A stretch of 63,877 nucleotides of DNA, filler included, from Saprolegnia diclina VS20 (Eukaryota): assembly GCF_000281045.1 (NCBI RefSeq). It is 7 parts of 2 records of this genome, joined end to end, with 100 filler letters (N's around TTAATTAATTAA, not from the genome) between each part and the next. Parts side by side here need not be neighbours in the genome. Positions count along the whole stretch, not along the records: positions 62,454 to 63,877 come from NW_008246110.1; 6 more parts are not named here. One strand, written 5' to 3'. Positions 62,454 to 63,877 of the stretch are shown here, in pieces. A program made the translations under genes and the position numbers. The notes beneath the pieces were generated by a model. The model was not told where the DNA came from, searched no databases, and saw only the letters and a list, made by a program, of their open reading frames with translations. Each line of letters starts with the position of its first letter. The first letter of the stretch is position 1.

Positions 62454-63877
62454 GCCTCGGAGATTGACCTCTTTGACCCCAGCGAGGCCATTCTCAAGAC
62501 GTACGGGCTTCCGTCGACAACTGCGTTTGCGAAACCCACGTACCCTCGGATGCGAACACTGGTCGAGTACACGTCGGTGGCCGATGCGATCATTGGCTTT
62601 CAGTCGCTCGATCCCGGCTACGTCTTCAACTTGATGACGTTGTACTGCTGGGCCGACTTTGAGAAGCGCTGGGAGGTCGCTCATACGGCGGCACGTCAAG
62701 CGCGATGCGGCGCTGTAATGACCGAGAATGGCGCCGTGTACCTCGAGCCGTACCTTCGCAACGTCAACTGGGACGTGTGGTATCCGATCTACGGTGCCAG
62801 TGTCGACGCTGCGGTCGCCGACGCGATTACGATTACGTCGGAAGGTCGTGACTGGTACAAGAGTCTCCAGAACGCGTATCAGTCTCTGGCTGAAGAAGCA
62901 GCGTACTGGAAATCGCACCAGATTTCGCACTTTCGGCTGCAGTGGAGCAACGACAATCAGTTTGGCGTGCAAGAGTCGATCTCGGTCGTCAACATGCTCG
63001 GATGGCAACAAGATCTGACGATTCAGTCGGTCGCTTACGCCGCCCGAAGCTCCAAGTGGACAACGTTTACGCTCAACTGGGCATTTTTCGACGACCTCTG
63101 GGGCTCGGCCGTCACCAACGCCAGCCTTGTGCGCAGAGCCAGCAACTTTATGGGTGACGCGTCGATGGAGAGGCTCCTCAACCTCTACCCGTTCACGCCC
63201 GCAAGCGTCATCATCCACAACACGCTCGGGCCCTTTCTCAACGTTGATTTGATGATGGTGGCGCCACCTGCGCAGCTCGTCAATGCGTACGTGGCCATGG
63301 AAGCCGCGCTGGTCGAAGCACTTCAAACCGACCGACCGCTCTTAAACCTCTACGCGGCGTTGCCAGCACCACTGCTGGATCCCGTGCCGCTCTCATGGCA
63401 GAGATCCAGCTACACCTTCTTTGGCGGCAGTCCGCTCTGCCCGTTTGGCTCTGGTGCAGCCTTTGTGCAGCCGTCCTTTACCTTTGACGATACGTGCGGC
63501 AGTCAAGTGCCGAGCCGCTTCCTTGTGGAGCCTTTGCCGGCGGTGTTTGCAGCTACAGCTATGAGACTGCTGCAGCAACCCGATCTTAGCAGCTGCTCGC
63601 CTTGCAGTGCTGCCTCGGCTGGTGTGTGCAGCTCACTCGCGACCCAAACCTCAGTCATTGCCAATAAGCTGCTGACGAACGCTACGCTCTCTGGCCTACT
63701 GACGCCAACAGTCCAAGCTGCTGCTGATGCCATCCAGCATCTCAACGTCGAGATCATCCAGTTTGCACGGACCCCGGGGGGGACTGAAACTGTCTTGCGC
63801 CAGCCGCTGCTGGGTGATGACACGTGGTCGTTCATGGGCTACGTGGCGCTGCACGAGTGGGTCAATGGCTACCGAGA
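62454..63877 (+). CDS. Internal fragment of a large Saprolegniales-expanded membrane-protein family (absent from the ORF track because no stop closes the frame)
   Basis: Frame read from 62454 (ASEIDLFDP...YCWADFEKRWEVAHTAARQARC...NGAVYLEPYLRNVNW...EAAYWKSHQISHFRLQWSN...FFGGSPLCPFG...FTFDDTC) appears open to the window end. Confidence 0.75.

Overview
Eukaryotic, GC-rich, gene-dense DNA with very short (~45-60 bp) GT-AG introns and oomycete-type INR/FPR and CCAAT promoter motifs. Gene content (ricin-B lectins, GH81 glucanase, RNI-like LRR family, a large TM-protein family) points to a saprolegnialean oomycete (Saprolegnia/Achlya-like; inference). The window is not one locus: it is seven scaffolds joined by artificial 100-bp linkers (44 N + TTAATTAATTAA + 44 N) and also has internal N gaps. 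Recognisable genes: truncated-haemoglobin-like globin, PAQR/adiponectin-receptor-like, PEX13, SPOUT1/C9orf114-type methyltransferase, cytosolic HSP70, a secreted elicitin-like/ricin-B lectin, a PKA regulatory subunit, a PX protein, an EF-hand/WD40 protein, a mitochondrial TPR protein, TMEM185-like, a PHD-JmjC-zf-4CXXC chromatin protein, several LRR-family copies and pseudogenes, two CCR/DFR-like SDR reductases flanking a GH81 beta-1,3-glucanase, a 2OG-oxygenase-like fold protein, partial GAPDH, a PH-START-DUF1336 (EDR2-like) protein, Zn-finger-Kelch copies, an Old Yellow Enzyme pseudogene, CDK20 and partial PAAF1. No rRNA, tRNA or CRISPR array was seen. I found no convincing multi-gene novel system. 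The best leads are single-protein architectures: a catalytically dead KDM7-type JmjC fused to a CDCA7-type zinc finger, an elicitin-ricin lectin fusion, a globin with tandem Cys-Pro haem-regulatory-like motifs, and a PKA-R with a Cys-cluster N-terminus instead of a D/D domain. All family calls are by-eye motif recognition, not database searches.
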